Of a DNA stretch of 64,000 nt, positions 26,530 through 40,560 are shown piece by piece. The stretch is from Octopus vulgaris (Eukaryota), in contig OX597817.1 in the NCBI GenBank assembly GCA_951406725.2, positions 116,188,001-116,252,000 on the forward strand. Direction: 5' to 3'. The notes beneath the pieces are model-generated. The model did not search any database. It saw only the letters and a program-made list of their open reading frames with translations, and was not told the origin of the DNA. Position 1 is the first letter of the stretch. Every line of letters begins with the position of its first letter. Position numbers and translations under genes: made by a program.

Positions 26530-26767
26530 ATAGCTGCGTATGTTACCGGCTGTGTTTATGAATATAAAATGCGATGTTTTATCTGGAATGTCTCTTCTAT
26601 ATTTTGATTTAACAAAATTCTAGAGGAGGCTTGTATATGTCATTTCTAGGTCCACAGTATAAGATTAATTGACTAAATATATATGTAATGCTGTTGATGC
26701 AATTCTATGTAAGTATATGTATGCGCTTGTGTGTATGTGAGTATACATACTGACATAGATACATATA

Positions 26768-26812
<45 letters not shown>

Positions 26813-28950
26813 ATATATATGTGTGTGTGTATGTATATATATATATGTATATCTGATCATATATACATATATATACATGCATGTATATACAAACACACAT
26901 ATAACCAAAAGTATATAGATTCACACGCACACATACACCCACTAGCATTTATAGATGCATAAGTAAGCATAGACAGTATACTTATTTAAAGAAAAATTAT
27001 CCTTTCCACCATAGGTTATATATATATTAGAGTAATTAATTTTAAGCTAAATTAGACTCATGATGTTTAGTATTTTATTGGGCAACCTTGATTTATAAAG
27101 AGGGATGTACACGATAATTGCCTTTAATATTATTACAAATCGGCTAATATCAATGATCATTTTAGTTAAGTTGAGATTCTTAATATGGCACTCGCTTCCC
27201 ATCTCCCCATTATTCGGTTACACTTCTCACACTTTCCAACGGTTAATGCCCCGCACTTCCTCACTGTATTCAGGAAATTGCTTTGACTCTAGACCCACGT
27301 TCAATGCAAAGCCTAAAATGATGTACCAACATAAGAAAAAAAAATAATAAAGGAGACAATTTAGTATTTTAAAATTATTACGGGTGGGTAAGTAGATGTG
27401 GTGGATTCTGACGAGTGTCCATAAACAGAGGACTGTCTTAGACAGTAGCTTTATATTTTACATTAGCTCATTCTTCCTGCTTGTTGAAAGCGAATATAGC
27501 TAGTATAGTCAACGAAGCTATCGGTGTTCTGTGTATGACGTATGCTGCAGGATCAATTTTGAGGACTATTAAAGGCGAATTCTATAATATATCCATTTAA
27601 TTTTCTCTGTATACTAATCTATATTTATCGCTGGGGACAACTTCAAAATTTGAGGAAATGTAAATAATTAATTAAAATTAAAAAAAAATATATGAACTAT
27701 GCCTCTATGTGTTTGAGTGCACAGGGGTTTCCATTTGTATTTTCCGCTCTGTGATTGTGTGTGTGTACTTGTATGAAAGTGTGCGCGGGAACTCTACTGG
27801 GGAATACTGGAAATATTTGTAGTCGATAGTGCGGTTTAATTAAATATTAAACAGAAGTTCGTTGAAATATGCTCAACATTGAGTGAAAGTATTATATGCG
27901 GCATTCGGAGGAAAATACATGGCATCTAAATTTCAAAGTCGTTGATTGTATTATGGAAAAGGTGGTCAGGAATTAAACTTTAAAAAAGAAAACGTTGATG
28001 CAATTATAGAATATTCTAAAGGTAATATGCACTAAATATTACAGCAGAAGCAGCGAAATGAAAGAGAAAAAAATTAAATTCATCATCGCTGTGCCTTTCA
28101 AATGGAATCATGTGTTTCGGATTTCCCACTGAGAAGTTCTCTAATTTGAAAACTGCACTAATACCACAATTATTAGTTTTGAAGTTTCAAGACATGAATC
28201 CACATGGGAGAATACACTTTTAATAACGTTATGTTCATTTTATCGTTGAACTAATTTAAACACAGGAATATTCAATAAAGCACGAATCTTTTCTTTTCAG
28301 ATGACAAACAATTCACTCCAACAGATATTTTTGGTTTTGCATAACCCTCGTCAAAGACCCACAGCAACTTGAAGTGTAAAAAAGTAACTAAATCCTAATT
28401 ATGCTGCGAACTCTAGTCCAGCAGTATTCTGAAATTTACTTGCTATTATATATTGTCTGATTCCCCATTTCGTTTATTGTTCTTACTTGCTGAAGTGAAA
28501 TTGAAACAAAAAAAAACATGGAAATATTATACTGTTTAGAAATGCCATTTTACGCTATTATTATGTTCATTCTATTCGACAGCGTTGCTGTTGCTCTTGA
28601 AAACGGTAGAATCTCGCAGAAAATCTTTCTTCACTCAAATGAATTTCTGGCATTATGTCTAATGAGGTAATCAATATTATTAAGTATTCTTCATAAAAAA
28701 TATAGAATTTTAATAGCTGCGTATGTTACCGGCTGTGTTTATGAATATAAAATGCGATGTTTTATCTGGAATGTCTCTTCTATATTTTGATTTAACAAAA
28801 TTCTAGAGGAGGCTTGTATATGTCATTTCTAGGTCCACAGTATAAGATTAATTGACTAAATATATATGTAATGCTGTTGATGCAATTCTATGTAAGTATA
28901 TGTATGCGCTTGTGTGTATGTGAGTATACATACTGACATAGATACATATA

Positions 28951-28993
<43 letters not shown>

Positions 28994-30893
28994 ATATATA
29001 TGTGTGTGTGTATGTATATATATATATGTATATCTGATCATATATACATATATATACATGCATGTATATACAAACACACATATAACCAAAAGTATATAGA
29101 TTCACACGCACACATACACCCACCAGCATTTATAGATGCATAAGTAAGCATAGACAGTATACTTATTTAAAGAAAAATTATCCTTTCCACCATAGGTTAT
29201 ATATATATTAGAGTAATTAATTTTAAGCTAAATTAGACTCATGATGTTTAGTATTTTATTGGGCAACCTTGATTTATAAAGAGGGATGTACACGATAATT
29301 GCCTTTAATATTATTACAAATCGGCTAATATCAATGATCATTTTAGTTAAGTTGAGATTCTTAATATGGCACTCGCTTCCCATCTCCCCATTATTCGGTT
29401 ACACTTCTCACACTTTCCAACGGTTAATGCCCCGCACTTCCTCACTGTATTCAGGAAATTGCTTTGACTCTAGACCCACGTTCAATGCAAAGCCTAAAAT
29501 GATGTACCAACATAAGAAAAAAAAAATAATAAAGGAGACAATTTAGTATTTTAAAATTATTACGGGTGGGTAAGTAGATATGGTGGATTCTGACGAGTGT
29601 CCATAAACAGAGGACTGTCTAAGACAGTAGCTTTATATTTTACATTAGCTCATTCTTCCTGCTTGTTGAAAGCGAATATAGCTAGTATAGTCAACGAAGC
29701 TATCGGTGTTCTGTGTATGACGTATGCTGCAGGATCAATTTTGAGGACTATTAATGGCGAATTCTATAATATATCCATTTAATTTTCTCTGTATACTAAT
29801 CTATATTTATCGCTGGGGACAACTTCAAAATTTGAGGAAATGTAAATAATTAATTAAAATAAAAAAAAATATATGAACTATGCCTCTATGTGTTTGAGTG
29901 TACAGGGGTTTCCATTTGTATTTTCCGCTCTGTGATTGTGTGTGTGTACTTGTATGAAAGTGTGCGCGGGAACTCTACTGGGGAATACTGGAAATATTTG
30001 TAGTCGATAGTGCGGTTTAATTAAATACTAAACAGAAGTTCGTTGAAATATGCTCAACATTGAGTGAAAGTATTATATGCGGCATTCGGAGGAAAATACA
30101 TGGCATCTAAATTTCAAAGTCGTTGATTGTATTATGGAAAAGGTGGTCAGGAATTAAACTTTAAAAAAAGAAAACGTTGATGCAATTATAGAATATTCTA
30201 AAGGTAATATGCACTAAATATTACAGCAGAAGCAGCGAAATGAAAGAGAAAAAATTAAATTCATCATCGCTGTGCCTTTCAAATGGAATCATGTGTTTCG
30301 GATTTCCCACTGAGAAGTTCTCTAATTTGAAAACTGCACTAATACCACAATTATTAATTTTGAAGTTTCAAGACATGAATCCACATGGGAGAATACACTT
30401 TTAATAACGTTATGTTCATTTTATCGTTGAACTAATTTAAACACAGGATTATTCAATAAAGCACGAATCTTTTCTTTTCAGATGACAAACAATTCACTCC
30501 AACAGATATTTTTGGTTTTGCATAACCCACGTCAAAGACCCACAGCAACTTGAAGTGTAAAAAAGTAACTAAATCCTAATTATGCTGCGAACTCTAGTCC
30601 AGCAGTATTCTGAAATTTACTTGCTATTATATATTGTCTGATTCCCCATTTCGTTTATTGTTCTTACTTGCTGAAGTGAAATTGAAACAAAAAAAAACAT
30701 GGAAATATTATACTGTTTAGAAATGCCATTTTACGCTATTATTATGTTCATTCTATTCGACAGCGTTGCTGTTGCTCTTGAAAACGGTAGAATCTCGCAG
30801 AAAATCTTTCTTCACTCAAATGAATTTCTGGCATTATGTCTAATGAGGTAATCAATATTATTAAGTATTCTTCATAAAAAATATAGAATTTTA
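26530..30893 (+). repeat. Head-to-tail tandem duplication of ~2.18 kb (26530-28712; 28713-30893)
   Basis: atagctgcgtatgttaccggc starts at 26530 and 28713, and both units end tatagaatttta. Only scattered substitutions and microsatellite/homopolymer length differences. Confidence 0.97.
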
Positions 30894-31239
30894 CGAGTGT
30901 ATTCGTATAAACACAATGGAAGTTATGTTTTAGCAGAATGGGTTTTGCAACAAATTAACATTAAATTGACCCGTTCAGTTATTGTCATGTCAATATTACT
31001 GCTGTTTTGAATAAAGTTAGTATGATGAGAAATTAATTTACATGGATTCATTCATTAGAAATTCACTATGAGTTACTAATATGATCAATATTATTGTTGA
31101 TACGGAGAGACACAATTTGTCGTTCTTTTCAGTAAAATAACGTTTCGAACGATGAAATGACAGGTCAACATTCTTTCCTCTTTCGATTCTCCGAAGCGTA
31201 ATGACTATGTGATAACTTCCCATTTATTCATTTATTTAC

Positions 31240-31860
31240 ACAGTTCTTTTCATTTTCTTGAACTCTTCAAGGTATTTCGTACTGAAGGGGTTAGGTAGAA
31301 GAGGGACGACAAGGCAGTACAGCATGGTATGGTTTGCTTCTGCACATTCAAAGCTAGTTACTCCCTCTCAGCAAAGTAACTGTTGATCGCCCCGTTCTCG
31401 TTCTCAGGTGATTGAGTATGTTCCAACGAAACCATGCTCTTTCTGTTATCTAGGAGGAAGTTCTGCAAGAAGAGGATACCCATTTATGTTGATTAGAAGA
31501 GAATCGATTTCAAGTGTTCCAATCGTGAGATTTCCTATAAAAAAAAGGAGTTCATCACTAGAAGCTATTCTTATCTCAGCTTGACTGACGACTTCCCATC
31601 TGATATCAGCAGGGGTTATTGATTGAAGGAGATGCAGGTAGTTTAGGTTTGTAGCTTCCATGCAATTAGTAATAAGGCTGTAAGCGATATTCCAAGCTTG
31701 ATCAAACAAATTCCTTGGCATGTGCTAATCTCATTTGGACTGGAAATGCTTTACAGAAGAATAGATCACAGCTAGAGCAGTAGAACGAACTGTGTGTGAT
31801 GTTGCTCCCCATTTGGAGTTGATTAACTTCCGAAGGATATCATTTCAAAAACCAACTTCC
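31240..31860 (-). mobile_element. Ingi/Vingi-like LINE 3' fragment, degenerate
   Basis: Minus strand NDILRKLINSKWGATSHTVRSTALAVIYS; DQAWNIAYSLITNCMEATNLNYLHLLQSITPADIR; WNILNHLRTRTGRS. These resemble the post-RT region of Ingi/Vingi elements. Confidence 0.75.
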
Positions 31861-32319
31861 AATATTACGTTTTCGGGGGGGGGGGGCGTGAAAAATCTTA
31901 CGAGAATAATTAAGTATTAGTTCGACTAAGCGAAAAGAGGGAATACAGGCAAAACGCAAAAAATTGGTAGTCCTGAAGGACTCCCATTATTCATTGTGTA
32001 CTCTGAGGTGCAGCGTTGAAATGGGTAACTTTTACATTATGTGATAATAACAGATTCGATTACCTCTTTGAAACATTTGCCAGATTCAACATATGTTTAA
32101 CTCACAGGCATACAAGGAGTGTGTAAACCGTACTGAAAATCACGTGCCGTACTAATGTATTAATTTAGGAACAACATTCACCATAAGACACTACCACATC
32201 TGTATGGCACTCCATGATTACGAGCTATAACCACATTAAAATAATGCATGTTCTTGTCTGCAAATATTGGAGATTAATTGTCCGTGAAGTGTCCGACGAA
32301 GGTAAGCATATGCAAATGT

Positions 32320-32490
32320 TCGTCTTCCAAGATTTCAACTCCAATTCGTAACTGGTACTTATTTAATCAATCCCGAAAAGTTGAAAGGCAAAGTCAACCA
32401 TGGCGGAATTTGAAACCAGAATGTAGCCGAAGACGAAATACCGCTAAGCATTTCCCCCGGTGTGCTAATGATTCTGCCAGCTCGCCACCT
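32320..32490 (-). mobile_element. SINE family A copy
   Basis: Reverse complement ggtggcgagctggcagaatcattagcacaccggggaaatgcttagcggtatttcgtc. Confidence 0.85.
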
Positions 32491-32526
32491 TAATATTAAA
32501 GTTTATGTTAATATATATATAGAGAG

Positions 32527-32683
<157 letters not shown>

Positions 32684-33166
32684 GACATATGTGTGCTCAA
32701 ATTCAACCATGGTAGTGGTTGAATATATTCTTAAGTCCACTATTTCGTCAATCGCAGCAGCTTCCAAGCTTCACCAGTAATTCAGTTCTCAACTAAATTG
32801 CAAACTGTTAATAGTTTTAAAGAGGGAACCTCCTCAGCTATACTTTGGCATAAATAGTTTGAGATTTGGTAGAAAAAAGTTACATCAAAATATGTCAGAC
32901 CTCAAGATGGGTAGTAAGGCAAATGTTAATCTTCAGTTAACGTTAACTTTTTTAATTTGAAATAGAAGTATACTTTTCTTAGGCTTAAATGATAGAAAAG
33001 TGCATGAGGAATTCAGAATCGTCAGTTGCCTTGAACAAAAGTTATTAGACAAAGAGTTATGAGGTAAAATGTTCTGAAATTTAATGTCAGTAAGTGAGGA
33101 ATTAAGAAGTAAAGCCCAAGCAATAAGAATAAAGAATGTATTTCTAACATGAATGTTTACATTGTA

Positions 33167-33280
33167 AGGCGCCGAGCTGACAGAAACGCTAGCGCGTATG
33201 TCGAAATGCTTAGCTGTCTTTCGTCTGTCTTTACGCTTTCAGTTCAAATTTCGCCGAGGTCGACTTCGCTTTTATCTATT
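33167..33280 (+). mobile_element. SINE family A 5' fragment
   Basis: aggcgccgagctgacagaaacgctagc...gttcaaatttcgccgaggtcgac. Confidence 0.8.
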
Positions 33281-35374
33281 TTGGATCTATTCAATTTGGC
33301 GTACAGGTTATTTAATTACTTTTTTTTAAACTAAACACTTTCAAACTTACGATACTGGTAGAATGTATCACATAGAAGAGGGTTTACTCTTAACGTTTTT
33401 GACAATATTTTGTATTTTAGAAGTTATTTCGTCAGGAGTTACAATGGAAAAATTCGTGTTTGATGGGTGCTAATGCACGAAAACCCCAGCTTTTCATTTA
33501 CTCACTAACTTCTGTCGATGGTATATATACATAATACATATATGTGTAAAAAAACCTCATCACGCAATTGAACCAATGAAAGAAACTCTACCTGGTCACT
33601 CGACACGTTAAAAATAGCAGCCAACGTATCCCCCTGTCTAAACCACTTGCCCATTGTACGTAATGTCCTAGGGTATCCCTAAAAAGACGGTTTGAATGTC
33701 TTTGATGATAGGTTTGCAGTTTCAGGGTTGATTTGAGGCTAAATAACAAGAACATTATGGTAAATTTCTATATTAACTCCAGCACGATTTTCACTAAAGA
33801 AAAGAAAAAAATGAGTTTTTGCGTGGAATCAAGTACCGTAACCTCTTAATACGCTGTAAATACCTTATTTTGGTTCGGAAAAAATGAGTTGGGGGTTCCC
33901 ACCCCAATCCCGGAATCATTGGAAATTTTTCGTTGAATGAATTCCTGTGACCTCCTAATATTACAAAATTAGGTTACTTAAGGTGAGTCTGGTAAATGAT
34001 GGTATGGGGTTTTGTTGTTTGTAACTTTTGGTGAGCCATGGTGCAACCAACAACATGGTGAAAATCCCTGCCATTAATTTGTTGTGGATGAGTAATATCA
34101 AATAATTCAATCACAACATATATTTAAATTAAACATGAACAAAATTGAAATATTATCATCATTTATATGGAAAAATTGAAATATTATCTTTCAGCGTTCT
34201 ATAAGATGAAATCTTAAATTATTAATTGACACATTATTAATTATGCTATAACAGCAATTCATGGAAAAGTCATGGATTACATGGAAAAATGCGAGCATGA
34301 AAAGTAATATTCTTAAGATTATAAACCTGGAAAAGTAGAGGATAGGTTATTACACCTGTACAAGTATAGGACAAGCTATTTCTTCTAGTAAAGTAAAGAA
34401 TAAGAAACTTTTTACTTAAAATATATTCAGCTAAACTTAAAATTTGAATAATAAAACTTATCGTATGATAATTTACAAATAACACTATACATATTTAAGT
34501 AGAATTTGGCTAATTTACTACCTTACATAGAGAAAAAAGTTCCTAATTAGACACACTTACAAATTAGTTGAACAGTTTTGTACCATAGACTTAAAAGATG
34601 AGACGTGTAAAGGGAAATGAGAACATGAGAATGGATACACGTGTGAGCTAAAACAGAAAGCAAGAATAATATGGAGGTTGTGATACAAAGGTATGCGATA
34701 GCATCAGTATAAGACATCATTTCATAGAATAGATGTAAGCTCAAGAGAAACAAAAAAGAAATGAAAAGCTGCGACTTCAGAAGGTATAGCAAAGAAGAGA
34801 AAGGCTGAAGAAAAATATTTACAATATGTGAATTGCTAAAGAAAATCTAGCTCCGCGAAAGAAGAACTGGTATTAGTAGCATGTAGAAAGGCCATATTGT
34901 TTTGATAGGCGTGTATGTAAATGTCAGGTTGTAAAACGTTGATATACAGAAAAAGTAATAGAAAAAAGGAAAAGAGATGTGAAATAGGGAATAAGAGGAG
35001 CGAAATAAAATAAAAATAGAATGGTAAAAAGAATGTTAAAAACTTTTGTCTCTACGAAAGAAATTTTTGTAGTGTATGAATTGAAATTAGAATTTCGATA
35101 TCAGCCACGAGGTTGACTATCACTGTAAATATTCTCAATAGCCAGCTTTACAGGACAGAAGCCATATATATTAAAACTGGTATAAGTAAATAATCATTGA
35201 AGTGATTCCAATTAATGTCATGACAATGTACATCAGAAAATGTCACCATATATGGAATATAAGTATTTATTCAAACTTATTTATGTATGTTTCATATTTA
35301 TACAATTCTATAATTCTGTGTGTCTATCAGTCTCTCTCCCGCCTCTCTCTCTATCTCCTTGTATTATGTTTGTA

Positions 35375-35685
<311 letters not shown>

Positions 35686-36441
35686 AAAGACTGAGAGGGA
35701 ATTTATTAGTAAGTGACATTGTATATGACTGACTTTAAGTTTGCTTTTTTTTTTTTTTTTTGTTTTCATCTGCACACATAAACATACATTCATATATGCA
35801 CACATACTCCCACATGTATATACTTAATATACATATCAATTGTTATGTACAGATCTACACACACACACATACGTGTATGTTGTATTGTACGTATATAAGA
35901 TAATTGTGTGTTGTGTGTGTGCTCACGAGTGTGTATATATACTTCAGTGTGTGCTTCAGAGTGTTATTATTCCAATTTTAATATTCCATATTCCATATTC
36001 CAGTTTTCAATAAATAGAGAGAATAACATATTTGCAAAAGAGAGATACAACACGGGAAAAAGTTTTATCTGCAGAATACTTTCTCTCACTTACAATTATG
36101 TAACATGAGACATTAATTGAAGAAATCTTATTATGATCCTTTCCTTGCTGGCGCCATTTGGCTTAAAATTTCAGAAAGTAGTATTTACCTTATTGGGCTG
36201 ATTCGGGTTTTGTCAAGATATATAATCATTCAAGGGTATTTAGATAATTTTAGAATAAACTCTTAGACATGCCATGTGAAATGAGGAAAATTAATTCATG
36301 TCTCTGTGTAAGTATATATTCCAATAAATGCATTTCATGATTTTCTGTAGCCAGCAAGTATATATCTTTCGAATAACTTTTCAATAAATACGCTGATATA
36401 AAAAAAAAATAATAATAATAATAAATTCTTCCATATTCGTG

Positions 36442-36443
<2 letters not shown>

Positions 36444-36481
<38 letters not shown>

Positions 36482-36530
36482 GTTATTATTATTATTGTTA
36501 TTATTATTATTATCATCATCATCATCATCA

Positions 36531-36618
<88 letters not shown>

Positions 36619-36619
36619 A

Positions 36620-36676
<57 letters not shown>

Positions 36677-36864
36677 CAAATTGAGGCGGCGACGTAGCAG
36701 AATAGTTATAGTACGGATAAAACTGTTTAGTGGTGTTTCGTGTAGCAATCTACGTTCTGAGTTCTCGTGTTCCAACTTGTCGGCCTCTATAAAAGAAGTA
36801 CCAGCTGAACTCATCCTTCGATGTAATCGACTTATTATCTTCCTGAATTTGCTGGCTTTGTGGT

Positions 36865-36895
<31 letters not shown>

Positions 36896-36923
36896 TCCTT
36901 CTTCTTCTAATTATTATTATTAA

Positions 36924-36974
<51 letters not shown>

Positions 36975-36979
36975 CAGTA

Positions 36980-37038
<59 letters not shown>
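36444..37038. repeat. Compound (TTA)/(TCA)/(TAG)/(TTC) trinucleotide tracts surrounding a diverged SINE A (36688-36865)
   Basis: Direct inspection. SINE head aggcggcgacgtagcagaat...ctacgttctgagttc. Confidence 0.85.
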
Positions 37039-37040
<2 letters not shown>

Positions 37041-37064
37041 AGTAGCATTTTTATTAAAGGAGTA

Positions 37065-37270
37065 TACTGACAGACTCATTAGCACGCCTGACAAAATGCT
37101 TAGTTCATTTCATCCGTCTCTATTTTCTGGCTTCGAGTTACGTTGGTATCGACTTTGCCTTTCATCCCTTCGGGAAACGGAATAAAAAAGAGGGCCAGTC
37201 GAGCACTGGTTTCAATGTAATCGACTTGCCGCTTACTCTTAGGAATCCTGGCTTTGAGCCAAAATAAAGA
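37065..37270 (+). mobile_element. SINE family A, diverged
   Basis: cattagcacgcctgacaaaatgcttag...tcgactttgcctttcatcccttcggg. Confidence 0.75.
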
Positions 37271-37429
37271 ATCCTCATGATCATGATCATCATCATCATC
37301 ATCACCAAAATTGTTCTTTGTAGTAACGTATGTGCAAGTGTCTGTATATGTTTTAATTTGTACACACTCATGTTTGCCAAAAATTATACACTCTTTTGTA
37401 TCTGTAATTTATTAAAACTGAAGTAGTGG

Positions 37430-37720
37430 TTGAACAATTCTTCCGACAAGCTATGCAGAACCATGGCTAATTTACAGAGAACATGCCTGGTCACTCGTCG
37501 GTGCGCTGAAACCATTTCTGGGGCTTCTTGAATAATCCCGTCAGTCGATGAGGTTGATGGCTCTGCTGCTATCTCTTCGTGCTTCACGCATCTCCAGCTA
37601 ATTTCAAAATTCTCGATCCACCCCTATACACTTCCAATCGGAAGAGCACTGTGCTCATAATACTATTTAAAACCTCGAAGGAATTACAACTATAGACACC
37701 TTGCATCTGTAATCATAAGA
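37430..37720 (-). mobile_element. Degenerate mariner transposase N-terminal fragment
   Basis: Minus strand SALPIGSV*GWIENF..CVKHEEIAAEPSTSSTDG..EMVSAHRRVT resembles the mariner HTH region (W..KF..GRTS..E...GRPSTS...RRVT). Confidence 0.65.
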
Positions 37721-38448
37721 ATACTATCTTTTAGCATGCGACCATTGAAGACACTGCAGCCACGTATGTTTATATATATCTAAGAACACAAAATGATTTA
37801 ACGCTTCACTACAGCTGTTTTAAAAGCATTCCTGATTGATGAGTAGTTAGGACCAGAATGAATTTGAAACAACTGTAGTGAGCCTTTTAACCAAATGTGT
37901 ATCCACAGCTGGAACCTTCATATGGTGTATATAGAACTAAGATTGGTTGGCGCAGCTATATACTCTTATGTCTTTGTATATATGGAGTTATACATGTATG
38001 TGGTACATATACGCACGTACTAAATTCGTTCCTTTCCTGGTGTTCTGAATATTAAAATACTTTGATTCCAACGAATCATAGTAGTGATAAATTACGTATG
38101 TATACACACTGTCACACACACGCATACATTGAAAACACATAAGCACTGTACGCATAACTAAACTACAGCGCACCACTTTATCTATGGAAGCTTATATATG
38201 GAACGTTACTCATATACACTTGTTAAGTAAAAGGCAAGTTGAGAAGTGCGTGAGTGTATGTATGACGCAAGATGTGAGAATAACGAGTTGGGTATAGGAG
38301 ATACCGGTTTGAGCGAATGGGGATCGTAGGCGTGAATGGGCAGGTACATGTGTGTGGTTATAAATAGAAATATGTGTGTGTTTATGGGTGTATACGGTCA
38401 GGCACCCTAAGAACAACTCGTGATAAGGTGGATTGTCGACACACGCAT

Positions 38449-38486
<38 letters not shown>

Positions 38487-38730
38487 ATGTCTCATATTGT
38501 ACAGATATACGTATCTATATCTGTATGATACGAGGAACACAAACATACACACACACATATGTTCCCACACGGCAATGAATATCAGTTACAAACGTCTCTG
38601 CACGGGTCTTGATTCAATATTGTTTGGGTGTGCGTATTATACCGACCTAGCAAGGTGCCTCAATTTGAATACTTAATTTAACGGAAGCCCTAAACCTATT
38701 TTTATTTTCTCTCCCTGTTTACTTCTATGA

Positions 38731-38770
38731 TCCTTTCTGTTGAAGAGCGTAGGCTCGAAACGTAAATGAC
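38731..38770 (+). ncRNA. Minimal hammerhead-like motif (A6U) in a pLTR-like fragment 38680-38855 ending in (TA)n
   Basis: tccttt-CTGTTGA-A-GAGC gtag GCTC-GAAA-CG-TA|aatga. Stem II is perfect, stem III is palindromic ACGT, stem I is weak. Confidence 0.55.
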
Positions 38771-38855
38771 CGTCTCACTTCCCGAGCCTTAAAATGATAC
38801 ATCTGCTTATTGTTTACACACCCGTCTTCGTCTTTGTTTTTTGTAAATTCTCACT

Positions 38856-38946
38856 ATATATATATATATAAATATATATATATATACATAGATAGATATA
38901 TATATATGTATATATAGATATATATATATATACATATATATGTATG

Positions 38947-38979
<33 letters not shown>

Positions 38980-39179
38980 ATGTATGCATGCATATATGTG
39001 TGTGTGTATGGGAAGCTGAATTGGGAAGAGGGTGCTCTGTTATTTTTTAATCTCTCTCATTCTCTTTCTATCTCTCTTTCTTTATATATGTATATATACA
39101 TACATACATGCATACATACCTACATACATACATACATATATACATACATTCATATAACATACATATTTACATACATATA

Positions 39180-39215
<36 letters not shown>
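38856..39215. repeat. (TA)n/(TG)n/(TACA)n cluster
   Basis: Direct inspection. Confidence 0.9.
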
Positions 39216-39217
<2 letters not shown>

Positions 39218-40307
39218 TAGAGAGACATGATAATTGCTCCATATTCCTTGTTTATCACATTTATGATCCCACCTACAATCTCTCCGATGACTACCCAGTC
39301 CCTTTGCAGACCTGCATGATTTGGGGCATAGGTGAAAGTTCAAAATCGTAACCTACTCTGTGCTTCCAAGTGAACAAGCGTGTATACTTTACCCTTTTCA
39401 AGCACTATGGGTCTTTCAGTAGATTAAATGACAAATAGGATCCCCATAGAAAGATATCTGTACATCACTAAAATACAGTGATAAACACTTGTAGCACACC
39501 GTTACTAGTACGATGTCTAGTACGTATTTTCCGGCCGAAGAAAGATGACTAGCAATCACAGGAAACCGCAGGTTTTACGCCAGTGTTTCCTACGAGGATA
39601 CGATAACAGCTAAAGATATGAACCAAGGGTATTTCTGCGTCGCTACGCCCAGCTGGTATACCATTACATATGCTAGTTTAGCCACTGCTGGGACCCAGAC
39701 GGCTGCTACGAATCCGAGTCGGAGTAGCTAACTGGTGCTTCCACAATGCACCGAGCCCTAGAACTCTCGAACGAGAGCCCTACTAATAGATCCACTTTAA
39801 AGTCTTACCCCGGGTTCACATACACACAGACGCACACACGCGCACATATCCACAAAGCCAACACACACATACTTATATATTCATATACACGTTTACAAAT
39901 TCATACATATACATGTATTTATATCCGTGTATTGCTTCATCAGATAATCGGGAGCTCCATTGTTGAATAGGACAGCAATTAATTTAGCATTAATATATAA
40001 GAATTTTGAATCAAATTTCGCTTCCAAGAAACTGTTTCTTGCATTAACATAGTGTCATCAGAAGGCAGACAGTTCGCGGGAAGAATTTGTTTGCATAATA
40101 TAATAATATAGGCCATAGAGATAAAACAAGAAGCAAGCCTAAAATGAATTATGCTTTATAAATAATCATTTATACGTATGCGTAAAACCAGTTTAGTGGA
40201 TATTGCATAGGTGACTTTTTCCATAAATGGAAAGAGTTATACCAATTTATAGTAGAAATAGACGTAAAGAATAAGTTCTTGTGAAGATTATTTTTATAAA
40301 GAAAAGA

Positions 40308-40560
40308 TGTCGTATATATGTATGTATATATAAGTGTGTGTGTATATGTTTGTGTGTCTGTGTTTGTCCCCCTAGCATTGCTTGACAACCGATGCTGGTG
40401 TGTTTACGTCCCCGTCACTTAGTGGTTCGGCAAAAGCGACCGATAGAATAAGTACTGGGCTTACAAAGAATAAGTCCCGGGGTCGATTTGCTCGACTAAA
40501 GGCGGTGCTCCAGCATGGCCGCAGTCAAATGACTGAAACAAGTAAAAGAGTAAAAGAGTA
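40308..40560 (+). mobile_element. SINE family B 3' portion
   Basis: gcttgacaaccgatgc...gatttgctcgactaaaggcggtgctccagcatgg...aagtaaaagagtaaaagag, matching the 19930-20200 reverse complement. Confidence 0.88.

Noticed and set aside
27180-27330. Possible minus-strand terminal exon (ttttag|GCTTTG...) in the duplicated unit
   Set aside because: Short frame with no recognisable motif and no partner exons.
27408-27445. CTGACGA followed by a GTCC/GGAC stem (also in the duplicate unit)
   Set aside because: No GAAA after the stem and no stems I or III.
39530-39582. CCGAAGA...GAAACCGCAGGTT hammerhead-like words
   Set aside because: Stems I and II do not pair; likely part of an unclassified repeat.
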